64,000 nucleotides of DNA from an uncultured Pseudomonadales bacterium (GTDB taxonomy: Bacteria > Patescibacteriota > Microgenomatia > UBA1400 > PJMF01). Each line of letters opens with the position of its first letter. Position 1 is the first letter of the stretch. The notes under the pieces are model-generated. The model did not search any database. It was not told the origin of the DNA and worked only from the letters and a program-made list of their open reading frames with translations. Below are positions 19,881 to 29,662 of this stretch, one piece after another. The position numbers and the translations under genes are program-made. The DNA is taken from contig CAZYBC010000001.1 of the NCBI GenBank assembly GCA_964645645.1, positions 6,064 through 70,063 of the forward strand, read 5' to 3'.

Positions 19881-20944
19881 AAATTGTTCACCTAGCTCAA
19901 TTCTATTATCCTCATCTTGGCGGAGTGGAACAACATCTTAATCAGATTAATCAACTTTTAAGTCCAGAGCATCGTGTAACAGTGATCACTCGTCAGCATC
20001 AAAAAAATTTGCCTTTACAAGAAAAAATCGAACAAGTAAATGTATTACGTTTGCCAGTTGATGAGGCCAATAATCCTAAATGGCTGTATAAATTACAACT
20101 TTGGCGAGCGCTGTGGCGATATAAAAAAGTTTTGCAACAAGCTGACATCATTCAAGTTCATGATGTCTTTTTTTGGTTATTACCTTTTTTACCATTCTTA
20201 AAGCGACAAAAAATTTTTATCACTTTTCATGGTTATGAAGGTCATTGTTTACCCAATAAACGCCAAATTTTTTGGCACAAATTAGCCGCTTGGTATTGTC
20301 ACAAAAATCTTTGTATTGGTGATTTTCACCAAAAATGGTACGGGATTAAAGCTGATGCCATTAGTTATGGAGCTGTGGCTGATATTAAGTCACCCCCCAG
20401 TCAATTTGCAAATAATCAGCCACTTAAAATTATTTTTCTGGGTAGATTGGATTACGATACCGGACTAATGACTTATCTAAAAGCTATTCACTTAGCTCAA
20501 AGCCAGCAATTAAAAATTAAACTCGATATTTATGGCGATGGACCATTAATGGCCAAAGCTCAAGATTACGTAAAAACTAATCAGCTACCTGTAAAATTTT
20601 ATGGTTTTATCAAAAATGCCTCCAGCAAACTGCCCAATTATCACTTAACTTTTGCTAGCCAATACTTAAGCATTTTAGAAAGTTTAGCTTATCACATTCC
20701 AGTTATTGCTGTTTACCATAATCAATTAAAAAAAGATTATTTAGCTATGACTCCTTTTGTAAGTTGGATTGAAATTGTAAATGATCAGAACGAAGTTTTT
20801 GATAGACTCAAAAAAATAGCTAAAAACTTAAGCAAAAAAAATCAAACCTTTATTCAACAATTAAAAACTGCTCAACTTTGGGCACAACAACAAAACTGGC
20901 AAAAATTAGCGGAAACATATTTACAACTTTGGGGCCAAACTTGA
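19877..20944 (+). CDS. Glycosyltransferase family 4
   Basis: YPHLGGVE, FLGRL, GDGP, ILES. Start at ATG 19877 overlaps the upstream stop (ATGA). Confidence 0.9.
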   Translation: MKIVHLAQFYYPHLGGVEQHLNQINQLLSPEHRVTVITRQHQKNLPLQEKIEQVNVLRLPVDEANNPKWLYKLQLWRALWRYKKVLQQADIIQVHDVFFWLLPFLPFLKRQKIFITFHGYEGHCLPNKRQIFWHKLAAWYCHKNLCIGDFHQKWYGIKADAISYGAVADIKSPPSQFANNQPLKIIFLGRLDYDTGLMTYLKAIHLAQSQQLKIKLDIYGDGPLMAKAQDYVKTNQLPVKFYGFIKNASSKLPNYHLTFASQYLSILESLAYHIPVIAVYHNQLKKDYLAMTPFVSWIEIVNDQNEVFDRLKKIAKNLSKKNQTFIQQLKTAQLWAQQQNWQKLAETYLQLWGQT

Positions 20945-21018
20945 GTTTTCTTAGGCAAAATTTAGCGAGCAAAATTTTTTCTATTTCATAATCAAAAAAT
21001 TAGCAATATAATGCTTTT

Positions 21019-21957
21019 ATGTTAGGTAATCCTACTGAATTTAAATCACAATTTTTTAAGCCTATTGATTTACTTTCACAATCCAACCAAATTCAAACAA
21101 AAGAAACTTCCACACTTGAACATAAACTTAATATAACTACTCTAGATTTGCCTGAAGAAATTAAAGAAGCACTGGTTAAACCTGAATTAGCTGGAATTAA
21201 AGTAAGAGATTTAGGTTACGAAGTTATTCCTCCTCAAGGAAATATTGTGGATACTTTTCCTGAAGAATTAAGAGAGTCTTTACAGATTTGTTTACCTATT
21301 TTTATAAGGTATATAAAAAAAATTCTTTTTACTGATAAATTTATAAGACATGAAAGAGAATCAAAAGCCCAAACTCCACGTCAAATTTTAGAAAAATTAT
21401 TAAAAAAACGTTTTTTTGCTGACAAGGAAACAGAACAAATAAGAGAACAAGATACACAAATTTCTCGTCGTGATTGGAGAAAATTACAAACAACAGAAGT
21501 TCAAAAATTTTTGGAAAATAACCGTATCTCTCTTAATAGTCTATCTACAGTAACAACTGCTCTAAAAATATTAAATGATAAACTACAAACTTTTGATTAT
21601 CCAGATATTGAAATAATAGCTAATTTGATTAATGAAAACAGCCAAACTTTAGTCCAAGAACTTATTGGTTATGCTGACCCAATGACAGAAGTAAAGATAT
21701 CAGCTAAAAAAATTGCTTTAGAATTAGGCCTCCCAATAAATAAATTAGATCAAACAGAATTACTAGAAGAACTCGCTAAATATAATTATTTTCCAGATTC
21801 AGATGGCATGTTTACTCGTAAAGAAGAAATGGAAAATCCTAGCACAGGCTATGACACTTTAACCCTAGAACAAAAACTTGATGTAGTTAATAGAACAACC
21901 CAACTCTGTATCCAAATTTTAAGTCTTTTTGGCTATGAAGCGCTGAAGGTTACTTAA
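21019..21957 (+). CDS. Hypothetical protein
   Basis: 312-aa ORF with no recognisable motif. Confidence 0.7.
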   Translation: MLGNPTEFKSQFFKPIDLLSQSNQIQTKETSTLEHKLNITTLDLPEEIKEALVKPELAGIKVRDLGYEVIPPQGNIVDTFPEELRESLQICLPIFIRYIKKILFTDKFIRHERESKAQTPRQILEKLLKKRFFADKETEQIREQDTQISRRDWRKLQTTEVQKFLENNRISLNSLSTVTTALKILNDKLQTFDYPDIEIIANLINENSQTLVQELIGYADPMTEVKISAKKIALELGLPINKLDQTELLEELAKYNYFPDSDGMFTRKEEMENPSTGYDTLTLEQKLDVVNRTTQLCIQILSLFGYEALKVT

Positions 21958-21995
21958 TAAAAAACGCTCCCGTTTTTGAACGGTGTTTCAGTTGC

Positions 21996-22083
21996 TGGCG
22001 GAAGTGACAGGATTCGAACCTGCGAAGCCCTTTCGGACTCTGGTTTTCAAGACCAGTGCAATTGACCGCTATGCGACACTTCC
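21996..22083 (-). tRNA. tRNA-Ser(TGA)
   Basis: GGAAGTGTCGCATAGCGG...CTGGTCTTGAAAACCAG, long variable arm, GTTCGAATC, ends in CCA. Confidence 0.96.
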
Positions 22084-22160
22084 TTATTTTTAACTTTAAT
22101 ACTGTATTTTAACATTTTAGCTGGTTTCAAGCAGAGTAAAATTCGTGTATATTATTATTA

Positions 22161-22817
22161 ATGATTGAGCCAACTTCTTCATCCAGCGATTATCTTCAGA
22201 ATCCTAATGCTGAACAAACAACTCAGCCAGCTAATACAGCCGTGGATTCTACAGCTACTCAGCCTAATCCTTACTTGCCTCCTGATTATCAAATGCAAGA
22301 ATCTTTAGTTGCTCCAGGCATGATGAAACCATTACCAGAAGAAGAAATTCTGGTTTGGCAAGCGCCTAGCCGACCATTTAAAAAACAAAAACGTAAATTT
22401 TTTAGCACCATTATTGTTATCGGTTTACTAGTTTCTTTAATTTTTTTCTTTGCCGGACAAGGTTTATTACCAACTGCCGTGATTGGCGCCGTAATTTTTT
22501 TGGTTTATGTGCTCTATACTATCCCACCTCAATTAATTACTCATAAAATTACTACCTATGGTATTAGAGTAGAAGACTCTCTCTATTATTGGGAAGAATT
22601 AGGCCGCTTTTGGTTTGAAACAAAACATCAACAACGAATCTTACTAATTGAAACAGTGCGCTTTCCAGGTAGAGTTACTTTGCTTTTAGGAGATCAAACC
22701 GAAGATACCTTAAAAATGATTTTATCTGAAGTGCTACTTAATAAAAGACCACCACTGACTTTTTTTGAAAAAGCCGCTAAGTGGCTGGGCAAAAAAGTTC
22801 CCTTAGATTTTGAATAA
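22161..22817 (+). CDS. Membrane protein with two TMs and a PH-like (DUF5673-like) C-terminal domain
   Basis: Disordered N-terminus, two TMs, ITTYGI...YYWEELGRFW. Confidence 0.7.
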   Translation: MIEPTSSSSDYLQNPNAEQTTQPANTAVDSTATQPNPYLPPDYQMQESLVAPGMMKPLPEEEILVWQAPSRPFKKQKRKFFSTIIVIGLLVSLIFFFAGQGLLPTAVIGAVIFLVYVLYTIPPQLITHKITTYGIRVEDSLYYWEELGRFWFETKHQQRILLIETVRFPGRVTLLLGDQTEDTLKMILSEVLLNKRPPLTFFEKAAKWLGKKVPLDFE

Positions 22818-22824
22818 AAAATTG

Positions 22825-23475
22825 TTAATTTAAGCTCTGTAATTTTTGAAAAGCTGTATATAATTCTTTTTTTACCACAGATGTATTTATCTCTAAAGAA
22901 TGTTTTTCAAATAATTGCTGTAACTGATGATGTTGCTGAGAATGATTTTGCCAATAGCTAGGACTAATTTGCAGTACTTTTAATAATAAATCTCCAGGGT
23001 ATAAGTCACCTTCAACCAAAATATTTTTGTCTAAAATTTCCAAAGCAATCGGTATAATAATGTCTAAAGCCAAACTTTGGCCAATTAATAAACGTAATTG
23101 TTCGATACTTAAATTTCTCAATGGAATTTTGCCACAAGCTTTAATTTTATTAATTAATTCTGATTCAAAATCAAATTTTTCCCAATCCGATCCCAATAAT
23201 TGTTCTAAAGTTTTAAAACGCTCATCATTGGGAGGATTCTTAACATTTATGAATCTAGATTCTAACGTTCCCAATGAATGAGGAGCCAATAAATTTTTTA
23301 GCTCTTGCTCATCAATGATTTTTTGTTCATCCTGACCGGTTTGATAATTTCTTAGCCAATACTGATATTGGCCATTACCTAAATAACGTAAACCCCACTC
23401 ATCTTCTTGATGACGAGTATAAAACTCTACACCTGGCTGTTGCAGACGATTTAAAAAGGAGTTAAGGGTTAACAT
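22825..23475 (-). CDS. CdiI-like immunity domain protein with N-terminal extension
   Basis: TLEQLLG...PLRNLSIEQLRLLIGQ...IALEILDKNILVEGDLYPGDLL matches the CdiI_3 family pattern. Confidence 0.75.
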   Translation of the reverse strand: MLTLNSFLNRLQQPGVEFYTRHQEDEWGLRYLGNGQYQYWLRNYQTGQDEQKIIDEQELKNLLAPHSLGTLESRFINVKNPPNDERFKTLEQLLGSDWEKFDFESELINKIKACGKIPLRNLSIEQLRLLIGQSLALDIIIPIALEILDKNILVEGDLYPGDLLLKVLQISPSYWQNHSQQHHQLQQLFEKHSLEINTSVVKKELYTAFQKLQSLN

Positions 23476-23478
23476 ACC

Positions 23479-24009
23479 TTATTTATACAACACTTTTGCC
23501 AATTCTGTTTGCAGAAATTCTGTACTCTTGCCCCATTTTAAGTATTGAGTTAAATCTTTTAAATCAACAAATAATTGATGTTTAACATCGCCATAATCAG
23601 GATCTACAATAAATTTATCTTGCTTAGCAATTTTAGTTAAAAACCTCACTTGCGTTTCACGATATTGCCAACCTTGTTGATAATGATAAACTTCCTGAAA
23701 AAAGAATGGTTCAATAAAATTCTCATCTACAACAATAGCCGACTCTTCGTAAACTTCACGTTTTAATGTATCAATGAAATTTTCACCTTCTTCCATACCT
23801 CCACCAGGCAACATCCATTCTTGATCAGCCTTAGCCACAAGTAAAAGTTGATTTTGAGAGTTAAGCACTAACCCAGAAACTTGTTTAATATGATGGTTAT
23901 TAAGTTCAGTAAAAGAAGAAGTTAAATAAAGGTCAAAACGGTATAAGTCATTATTAACTTGAACTTCTTGTTGAAGGGAAGGTAGGTGGTTAAATGGTAT
24001 GTTTTTCAC
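23479..24009 (-). CDS. NUDIX hydrolase
   Basis: PGGGMEEGENFIDTLKREVYEES Nudix box. Confidence 0.9.
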   Translation of the reverse strand: MKNIPFNHLPSLQQEVQVNNDLYRFDLYLTSSFTELNNHHIKQVSGLVLNSQNQLLLVAKADQEWMLPGGGMEEGENFIDTLKREVYEESAIVVDENFIEPFFFQEVYHYQQGWQYRETQVRFLTKIAKQDKFIVDPDYGDVKHQLFVDLKDLTQYLKWGKSTEFLQTELAKVLYK

Positions 24010-24092
24010 TTTGTTTTAAATAATTATCTAAATAATATGACAAGTTCAATTGTTAGAAAAAATTTTTTAAAACAATCTCTTTTAATATCTAA

Positions 24093-24581
24093 CTAAATCT
24101 CTTGCGTAAAAACAGTCACTCGCTCATGTTTACGATTAAGAGTATCTATAAAACCAAGAGTTACAGAATCAGCAGAAGCTTCAACCGTATAAACTCCTTG
24201 AACACTTATTCCAAGTTTAGCCCCTGCCATATCATTTTTAACTTTAGCAAGAACTTTTTCAATAGAATCTGGATCAAAATTTTCTACTGCATAGAAACCA
24301 TAATGAGCTAATCTAGCAAGATTCATTGTTTCAGTAATTTTACCAGCTTCTGTTAATGAAGCGATGTGAAATCCCATCCCCATCCCAACTTCAACAAAAT
24401 TGCTAGGGACAGCTTCATTCATTAAAACTTTAATATATTTACCTCCTGATAAAGCTTTAACTCCATCTATAAAATGTTTGCCTTTATTGTGCAAAAATCT
24501 AATCAATCCATTCATTTGTTCTTCATCTTTGGTATTGTCATGAAGTAATTCAACATAAGGTGGTTTAATCTTCTCGGACAT
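24093..24581 (-). CDS. Hypothetical protein
   Basis: 162-aa ORF with AAGGAG RBS, downstream of tRNA-Pro. Confidence 0.7.
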   Translation of the reverse strand: MSEKIKPPYVELLHDNTKDEEQMNGLIRFLHNKGKHFIDGVKALSGGKYIKVLMNEAVPSNFVEVGMGMGFHIASLTEAGKITETMNLARLAHYGFYAVENFDPDSIEKVLAKVKNDMAGAKLGISVQGVYTVEASADSVTLGFIDTLNRKHERVTVFTQEI

Positions 24582-24614
24582 TTCTCCTTTAAAATTGGGT
24601 TAAATAAAACTTTG

Positions 24615-24688
24615 TCGGGCTGACAGGACTCGAACCTGCGACCTCTCGCACCCCATGCGAACGCTCTAGCCATCTGAGCTACAGCCCG
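24615..24688 (-). tRNA. tRNA-Pro(GGG)
   Basis: CGGGCTGTAGCTCAGATGGCTAGAGCGTTCGCATGGGGTGCGAGAGGTCGCAGGTTCGAGTCCTGTCAGCCCGA cloverleaf. Confidence 0.95.
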
Positions 24689-24930
24689 TTTAAATCTGAA
24701 CTATTAATCTGCCCGTTGGCAACAAAGTTATTTTACACCATTTGTCGCAAATTAAAGATATAAGAAAATAATTGTAACCACTTTCTTAATTGTCAGTTAA
24801 ACCGTCAGCTAAAAGCTTAAACTAAATTTAACATTCAAAAATATTATAAATTAGTGGTTCTCAATCACCTGTAACTGTACTATATTTAGAAAAAACCCTA
24901 AAAAAGTACAAAGCAGTTAAAAAAGGATTT

Positions 24931-25980
24931 ATGAACAAAAAACCTCAAGAAAAACAAGAAAAAACCGATAAAGTAACCCCAGTAGTTGATACTGGCCGTT
25001 CTCAGGCTGTTAGTATCGCTATGCAACAAATTGAAAAACAATTTGGTAAAGGTTCAATCATGAGGATGGGTGAATCTTTACGTGATATGCCTAAAATTCC
25101 AGTGGTTTCTACTGGTTCTTTAGCTCTTAACTTAGCTTTAGGCGTGGGTGGTTATCCTAAGGGAAGAATCATTGAAATTTATGGTCCTGAAGCTTCTGGT
25201 AAAACTACTTTATGTTTACATGCTATTGCTGAAATTCAAAAAAATGGTGGCACTGCTGCTTTTATTGATGTAGAACATGCGCTTGATCCAGTTAGAGCAG
25301 AAAAAATTGGCGTTGATTTAGAAAATCTCTTAATTTCTCAGCCAGACTATGGTGAACAAGCCTTAGAAATTGCTGAAACTTTAATTAGATCCGGTGGAGT
25401 TGATATTTTAATTATCGACTCAGTTGCCGCCTTAGTCCCTAAATCTGAGATAGAAGGTGAAATGGGAGCTTCACAAATGGGCGTTCAAGCTCGTTTAATG
25501 TCACAAGCCATGAGAAAACTTACTGCGGCAATTAATAAAACTAAAACTTTGGTAGTTTTTACCAATCAAATCCGTAATAAAATTGGCGTCATGTTTGGTA
25601 GCCCTGAAACTACCACTGGTGGTAATGCCCTAAAATTCTATGCCTCCGTGCGTTTAGATGTTAGAAAAATAGGCAATATCCAAGAAGGCGAAAACGTCAT
25701 TGGCAGTCGCCATCGCGTTAAAGTCAAAAAAAATAAAGTAGCCCCTCCTTTTAAAATGGCTGAGTTCGACATGGATATTAATGGTATTTCTAGAGTTGGA
25801 GATGTGGTTGATATTGGAGTTGAGAAAAAAGTTTTAGAGAAAGCTGGAAGTTTTTACAAATATCATGGCGAAGTTTTAGCTCAAGGTAGAGAAGCTACTA
25901 AAGATGTTCTTAAAGAAAATGAAAAATTAATGAAAGAAATAGAAAAAGAGATTTGGCAAAAAATCCAAGAAACTATGTAA
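24931..25980 (+). CDS. recA: Recombinase A
   Basis: [36 protein letters not shown]. Confidence 0.98.
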   Translation: MNKKPQEKQEKTDKVTPVVDTGRSQAVSIAMQQIEKQFGKGSIMRMGESLRDMPKIPVVSTGSLALNLALGVGGYPKGRIIEIYGPEASGKTTLCLHAIAEIQKNGGTAAFIDVEHALDPVRAEKIGVDLENLLISQPDYGEQALEIAETLIRSGGVDILIIDSVAALVPKSEIEGEMGASQMGVQARLMSQAMRKLTAAINKTKTLVVFTNQIRNKIGVMFGSPETTTGGNALKFYASVRLDVRKIGNIQEGENVIGSRHRVKVKKNKVAPPFKMAEFDMDINGISRVGDVVDIGVEKKVLEKAGSFYKYHGEVLAQGREATKDVLKENEKLMKEIEKEIWQKIQETM

Positions 25981-26062
25981 TCTCTATTTGCGTAATTAAT
26001 ATGCAAATAAATTAACATTGAAAAATCAAGTTATTTTTTAATAACCAGATCTTTTTCTAAAA

Positions 26063-26091
26063 TTGACTAAGTCAAGATAAAAAGTTATAAT
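26063..26091 (+). promoter_or_regulatory. Near-consensus sigma70 promoter
   Basis: TTGACT, 17-nt spacer, TATAAT. Confidence 0.75.
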
Positions 26092-26097
26092 AATTTA

Positions 26098-26264
26098 CTT
26101 TTGAAACAGAGTCTAATAACTAGCAAAAGTCAAGAACAATAAATGAAATTAGCATTAGTAAATACAAATAAAATCTTTTATTCTTCTAGGGGTCGAGCTA
26201 AATAAGTCTTTCTTATTTATTACTCCACTCTTTTTATTGATTTAAGCTCAACGTGTTTCAAAGG
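26098..26264 (+). ncRNA. Candidate structured ncRNA (6S RNA-like) or rny leader
   Basis: 5' CTTTTGAAACA-GAG pairs with 3' CTC-AACG-TGTTTCAAAGG. Begins at the predicted TSS, is ~167 nt long and lies upstream of rny. Confidence 0.45.
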
Positions 26265-26269
26265 GACAG

Positions 26270-26308
26270 TAGACTTACTGCGAAATAAAATTTCGTAGCG
26301 TAAGTCTA
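26270..26308. repeat. Palindromic MITE/RPE-like element, short copy (39 bp)
   Basis: TAGACTTACTGCGAAATAAAATTTCGTAGCGTAAGTCTA. Confidence 0.88.
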
Positions 26309-26336
26309 ATTATCTAAACTGTTTAAGAAAGGCATT

Positions 26337-27947
26337 ATGTCATTTTTTGGAAATTTATCAAATCTTTTTAACGCGGATAGTGTTAAAAACGCTCCAGAAC
26401 AAAAACCAGAATTAAGTAAAAAAATCTTTGCTAAGAAAAAAGTTCTAACTAAAAAACCAGCTAAAGCTGCTCCTGGATTAAACCCTAATCAGATTAAGCA
26501 ACTTAAAGATCAGGCTATCAGAGAAGCTCAAATTGAAGCTGATGCTCAAGTAAGAGAAGCCAAAGCCAAGGCTAGAGAAATCATTGTTGAGGCTAAAGAC
26601 GAAGCTTTAGCAATTCGCTCTGATTCTGAAAAAAAAGCTAGAGAACTAGAACAACAATTAGTCAAACAACAAACTATTCTCGAAGGCAAACTAGATAGAT
26701 TGGACAACCGTTTCAACCAAATGGATGAAAAGGAAAAAAATCTTTCTAAACAACGCGAAGAATTAAATAAAATTAAAGAAGAATTAGAAAAACAAAAGGC
26801 TAAAACTCTCAAGAAACTTGAAGAAGTTTCTTCCATGACTAAAGATGAAGCCAAAACTGTTTTATTTGATGGTTTAGAAAAAAAACTTCGTAAAGAAATG
26901 GCACAAGTTATCCGCCAAACTCAAGAAGAAGCAAAAAGTGAAGCTGATTTAAGAGCTAAAGAAATTTTAATTGATGCCATGAAACATGGGGCAACTGATT
27001 ATGTTGCTGAATACACTGTTTCTACAGTGGAATTACCTAGTGAAGAAGTCAAAGGTAAAATCATTGGTAAATCAGGTCGCAATATTCACACCTTTGAAAA
27101 AGTTACTGGTGTAGATGTCGATCTTGATTCTTCTGTGACTGAAGTTAAATTGTCTTGTTTTGATCCAATCAGAAGAGAAATTGCTAAAGTTTCTATGGAA
27201 AGATTAATTAAAGATGGTCGTATTCAACCAGCAAGAATTGAAGAAGTTGTAGAAAAAGTCAAAGCTGAAATTGATAAAACTATTTTTGAAGCTGGTCGTT
27301 ATCTTTGCCACGAGGTTGGTGTTTATAACATTCCTCATGGTTTAATGAAAATTTTAGGTCGTTTTAAATATCGTTTCTCTTATGGTCAAAATATGATTTC
27401 TCACACTTTAGAAGAAACTAAATTGGGGATTAAATTAGCACATGAATTAGGTGTTGACGTTAATGTTGTCAAATTAGGTTGTTTATTGCATGATGTGGGT
27501 AAAGTTTCTGAAGAAACAGAAGGTAGCCACGTTGAATTAGGTGTCAAAATTGCTAAGCAATATAGCATGCCAAAAGAAGTGATTGATTGTATCGCTCAAC
27601 ACCATGAGGATGTGCCTTTTTCTGGCTTAGAACAAATTGTTGTTTACATTGCCGATGCTATTTCTGGAGCTAGACCAGGTGCTCGCTATGAAAACTTAGA
27701 TGAGTATGTTAAACGTCTAGAAACTTTAGAAGAAATTGCCACTGCTCATAAAGAAGTTAAAGAAGCTTTTGCTATTCAAGCTGGTCGTGAATTAAGAGTT
27801 ATCTTAACACCAGAACAATCTAAAGAAGATGATGTTACTGCCATTTCTTTAAAAATCAAAGATGAGGTGCAAGAAAAAGTCACTTTCCCTGGGACTGTAA
27901 AAATTACAGTTATTCGTGAAACTCGAGCAACCAGTGAGGCTAAATAA
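26337..27947 (+). CDS. rny: Ribonuclease Y
   Basis: Coiled coil, KH (KGKIIGKSGRN), HD (LLHDVGK), ADAISGARPGAR, AIQAGRE. Confidence 0.96.
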   Translation: MSFFGNLSNLFNADSVKNAPEQKPELSKKIFAKKKVLTKKPAKAAPGLNPNQIKQLKDQAIREAQIEADAQVREAKAKAREIIVEAKDEALAIRSDSEKKARELEQQLVKQQTILEGKLDRLDNRFNQMDEKEKNLSKQREELNKIKEELEKQKAKTLKKLEEVSSMTKDEAKTVLFDGLEKKLRKEMAQVIRQTQEEAKSEADLRAKEILIDAMKHGATDYVAEYTVSTVELPSEEVKGKIIGKSGRNIHTFEKVTGVDVDLDSSVTEVKLSCFDPIRREIAKVSMERLIKDGRIQPARIEEVVEKVKAEIDKTIFEAGRYLCHEVGVYNIPHGLMKILGRFKYRFSYGQNMISHTLEETKLGIKLAHELGVDVNVVKLGCLLHDVGKVSEETEGSHVELGVKIAKQYSMPKEVIDCIAQHHEDVPFSGLEQIVVYIADAISGARPGARYENLDEYVKRLETLEEIATAHKEVKEAFAIQAGRELRVILTPEQSKEDDVTAISLKIKDEVQEKVTFPGTVKITVIRETRATSEAK

Positions 27948-27958
27948 TAATTATTAAT

Positions 27959-27998
27959 CTAACTAGTAATGAGGGTGTTTTCCCTTATTACTAGTTAG
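27959..27998. terminator. Hairpin after rny
   Basis: CTAACTAGTAATGAGGG / CCCTTATTACTAGTTAG inverted repeat. Confidence 0.6.
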
Positions 27999-28020
27999 TA
28001 AAAACTTATATAATAGAATC

Positions 28021-28239
28021 ATGAAAAATATTTTTTCAGTTTTACAAATTGTGCTTTCAGTAATCTTGGTCATTTTTATTTTGATGCAAGCTCAAGGTTC
28101 TGGTTTAGGAACAACTTGGAATGGCGGCGGTGAGACTTATCATACTCGCAGAGGTTTAGAAAAAGTTATTTTTTACGCCACAATTGTGGGGATTGCCCTC
28201 TTTGCAATAGTGTCAATTTTAGCGGCAATCAATCAATAA
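28021..28239 (+). CDS. secG: Preprotein translocase subunit SecG
   Basis: Two TMs, ILMQAQGSGLG...TRRGLEK. Confidence 0.92.
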   Translation: MKNIFSVLQIVLSVILVIFILMQAQGSGLGTTWNGGGETYHTRRGLEKVIFYATIVGIALFAIVSILAAINQ

Positions 28240-28243
28240 AAAA

Positions 28244-29662
28244 ATGCGCAAGCTTTATTGGTATTTTACTGCCTACTTAAAAAAACATGGTTGGATTTTT
28301 ATTGTTTCCTTAATTCTAGCGTTGGTTTTTTTCTGGTTTACTATTCCTTTTATTGTCAATAAACTCAGTATCAGCCAAAAAAAATATATTGGCTTAATTG
28401 GTGAATATACTCTTGATAACTTACCTCTTGAAGTGACTTCATTATTAAGTTCTGGTTTAACCAAAGTTAAAGAAGACGGTAGTGTAGTGCCAATGCTGTC
28501 TCAACGTTGGGCAATTGAGGATGATGGCACTACTTATCGATTTATTATTAAAAAAGATTTGCTCTGGCAAGATGGTAAAGAATTTAAGCCCGAAGATGTC
28601 GTTTATAACTTTACTGATGTAGAAACTATCGCAACACCTAATGATGTAATTTTTAAATTACCAGCTAGTTTTTCTCCATTTCCTAGTGTAGTTTCAGCTC
28701 CATTATTAAGAGATGGCACTCAACAATATCTTTTATTTTTCAAAAGACCAACTTTAATTGGAATTGGAAAAAATAAAATTATTAGCTATAAAAAACAAGG
28801 TAAAAATATTAAAGAAATTACAATAGACACACCTGATAAGCGTCTAATTTTCCGTTTTTATCTCACTGAACAAGAATCTCTCCTAGCTTTAGCTAAAGGT
28901 GAAATAGATATTTTAGATAAAATTCATGATATCAGTTTGGTAGAAAATTGGCCTAACATTGCTATTGATCATCAAATTAATCATGATCAGTACTTAGCTT
29001 TGTTTTTTAATAATACTCATCCCAATCTTACTAAAAATATCCGTCAAGCAATGGCTTACGCTATAGAAAAACCAGCTGATAAAACTCGTGCTTTAGGTCC
29101 AATTAGCCCTGATTCTTGGGCTTATTTACCAGGAGGCAAATCCTACGATAAAGATTTGACTAGAGCCACTGATAGAATTTTAGAAAACTTGCCTAGTCAA
29201 ATAATGGATTTTACTTTAACCACGACTTCCCTATTTACTCAAGAAGCTGAAGCGATTAAACAACAATTAGAAGAATTGTTTACTCTAGCGCAAAGTGAGT
29301 GTCAAACTAGTAAAAAAGTAGAAAACAAAGAATTGTGTGATAACTTAAATGGCAAAATTAATATTAAAATTAACAACTTCCCAGATACTAATGATTATCA
29401 ACTGCTGTTAATTGGCCAAGAATCTCCACTTGATCCTGATCAATATTTTTTGTGGCATTCTGATCAACCTACTAATTTTACTCACTACAAAAACACAAGA
29501 ATTGATAGTTTGCTAGAAAAAGGCCGTCAGGAAACTGATCAAAAAGAAAGAACTACTATTTATCAAGAATTCCAACAGTTTTTGCTTGAAGATCCTCCAG
29601 CAGTATTTTTAAATTATTTAGACAGCTATAAACTAACAAGAAAAAGTCTTAAAGTCTTCTAA
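28244..29662 (+). CDS. ABC transporter substrate-binding protein, family 5 (peptide/nickel)
   Basis: SGLTK...TYRF...WQDG, DPDQYFLWHS, NFTHY...IDSLLE. Confidence 0.85.
   Translation: MRKLYWYFTAYLKKHGWIFIVSLILALVFFWFTIPFIVNKLSISQKKYIGLIGEYTLDNLPLEVTSLLSSGLTKVKEDGSVVPMLSQRWAIEDDGTTYRFIIKKDLLWQDGKEFKPEDVVYNFTDVETIATPNDVIFKLPASFSPFPSVVSAPLLRDGTQQYLLFFKRPTLIGIGKNKIISYKKQGKNIKEITIDTPDKRLIFRFYLTEQESLLALAKGEIDILDKIHDISLVENWPNIAIDHQINHDQYLALFFNNTHPNLTKNIRQAMAYAIEKPADKTRALGPISPDSWAYLPGGKSYDKDLTRATDRILENLPSQIMDFTLTTTSLFTQEAEAIKQQLEELFTLAQSECQTSKKVENKELCDNLNGKINIKINNFPDTNDYQLLLIGQESPLDPDQYFLWHSDQPTNFTHYKNTRIDSLLEKGRQETDQKERTTIYQEFQQFLLEDPPAVFLNYLDSYKLTRKSLKVF

Noticed and set aside
24868-24890. CTGT-containing stretch upstream of recA as a LexA box
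   Set aside because: No matching ACAG half-site at the correct spacing.
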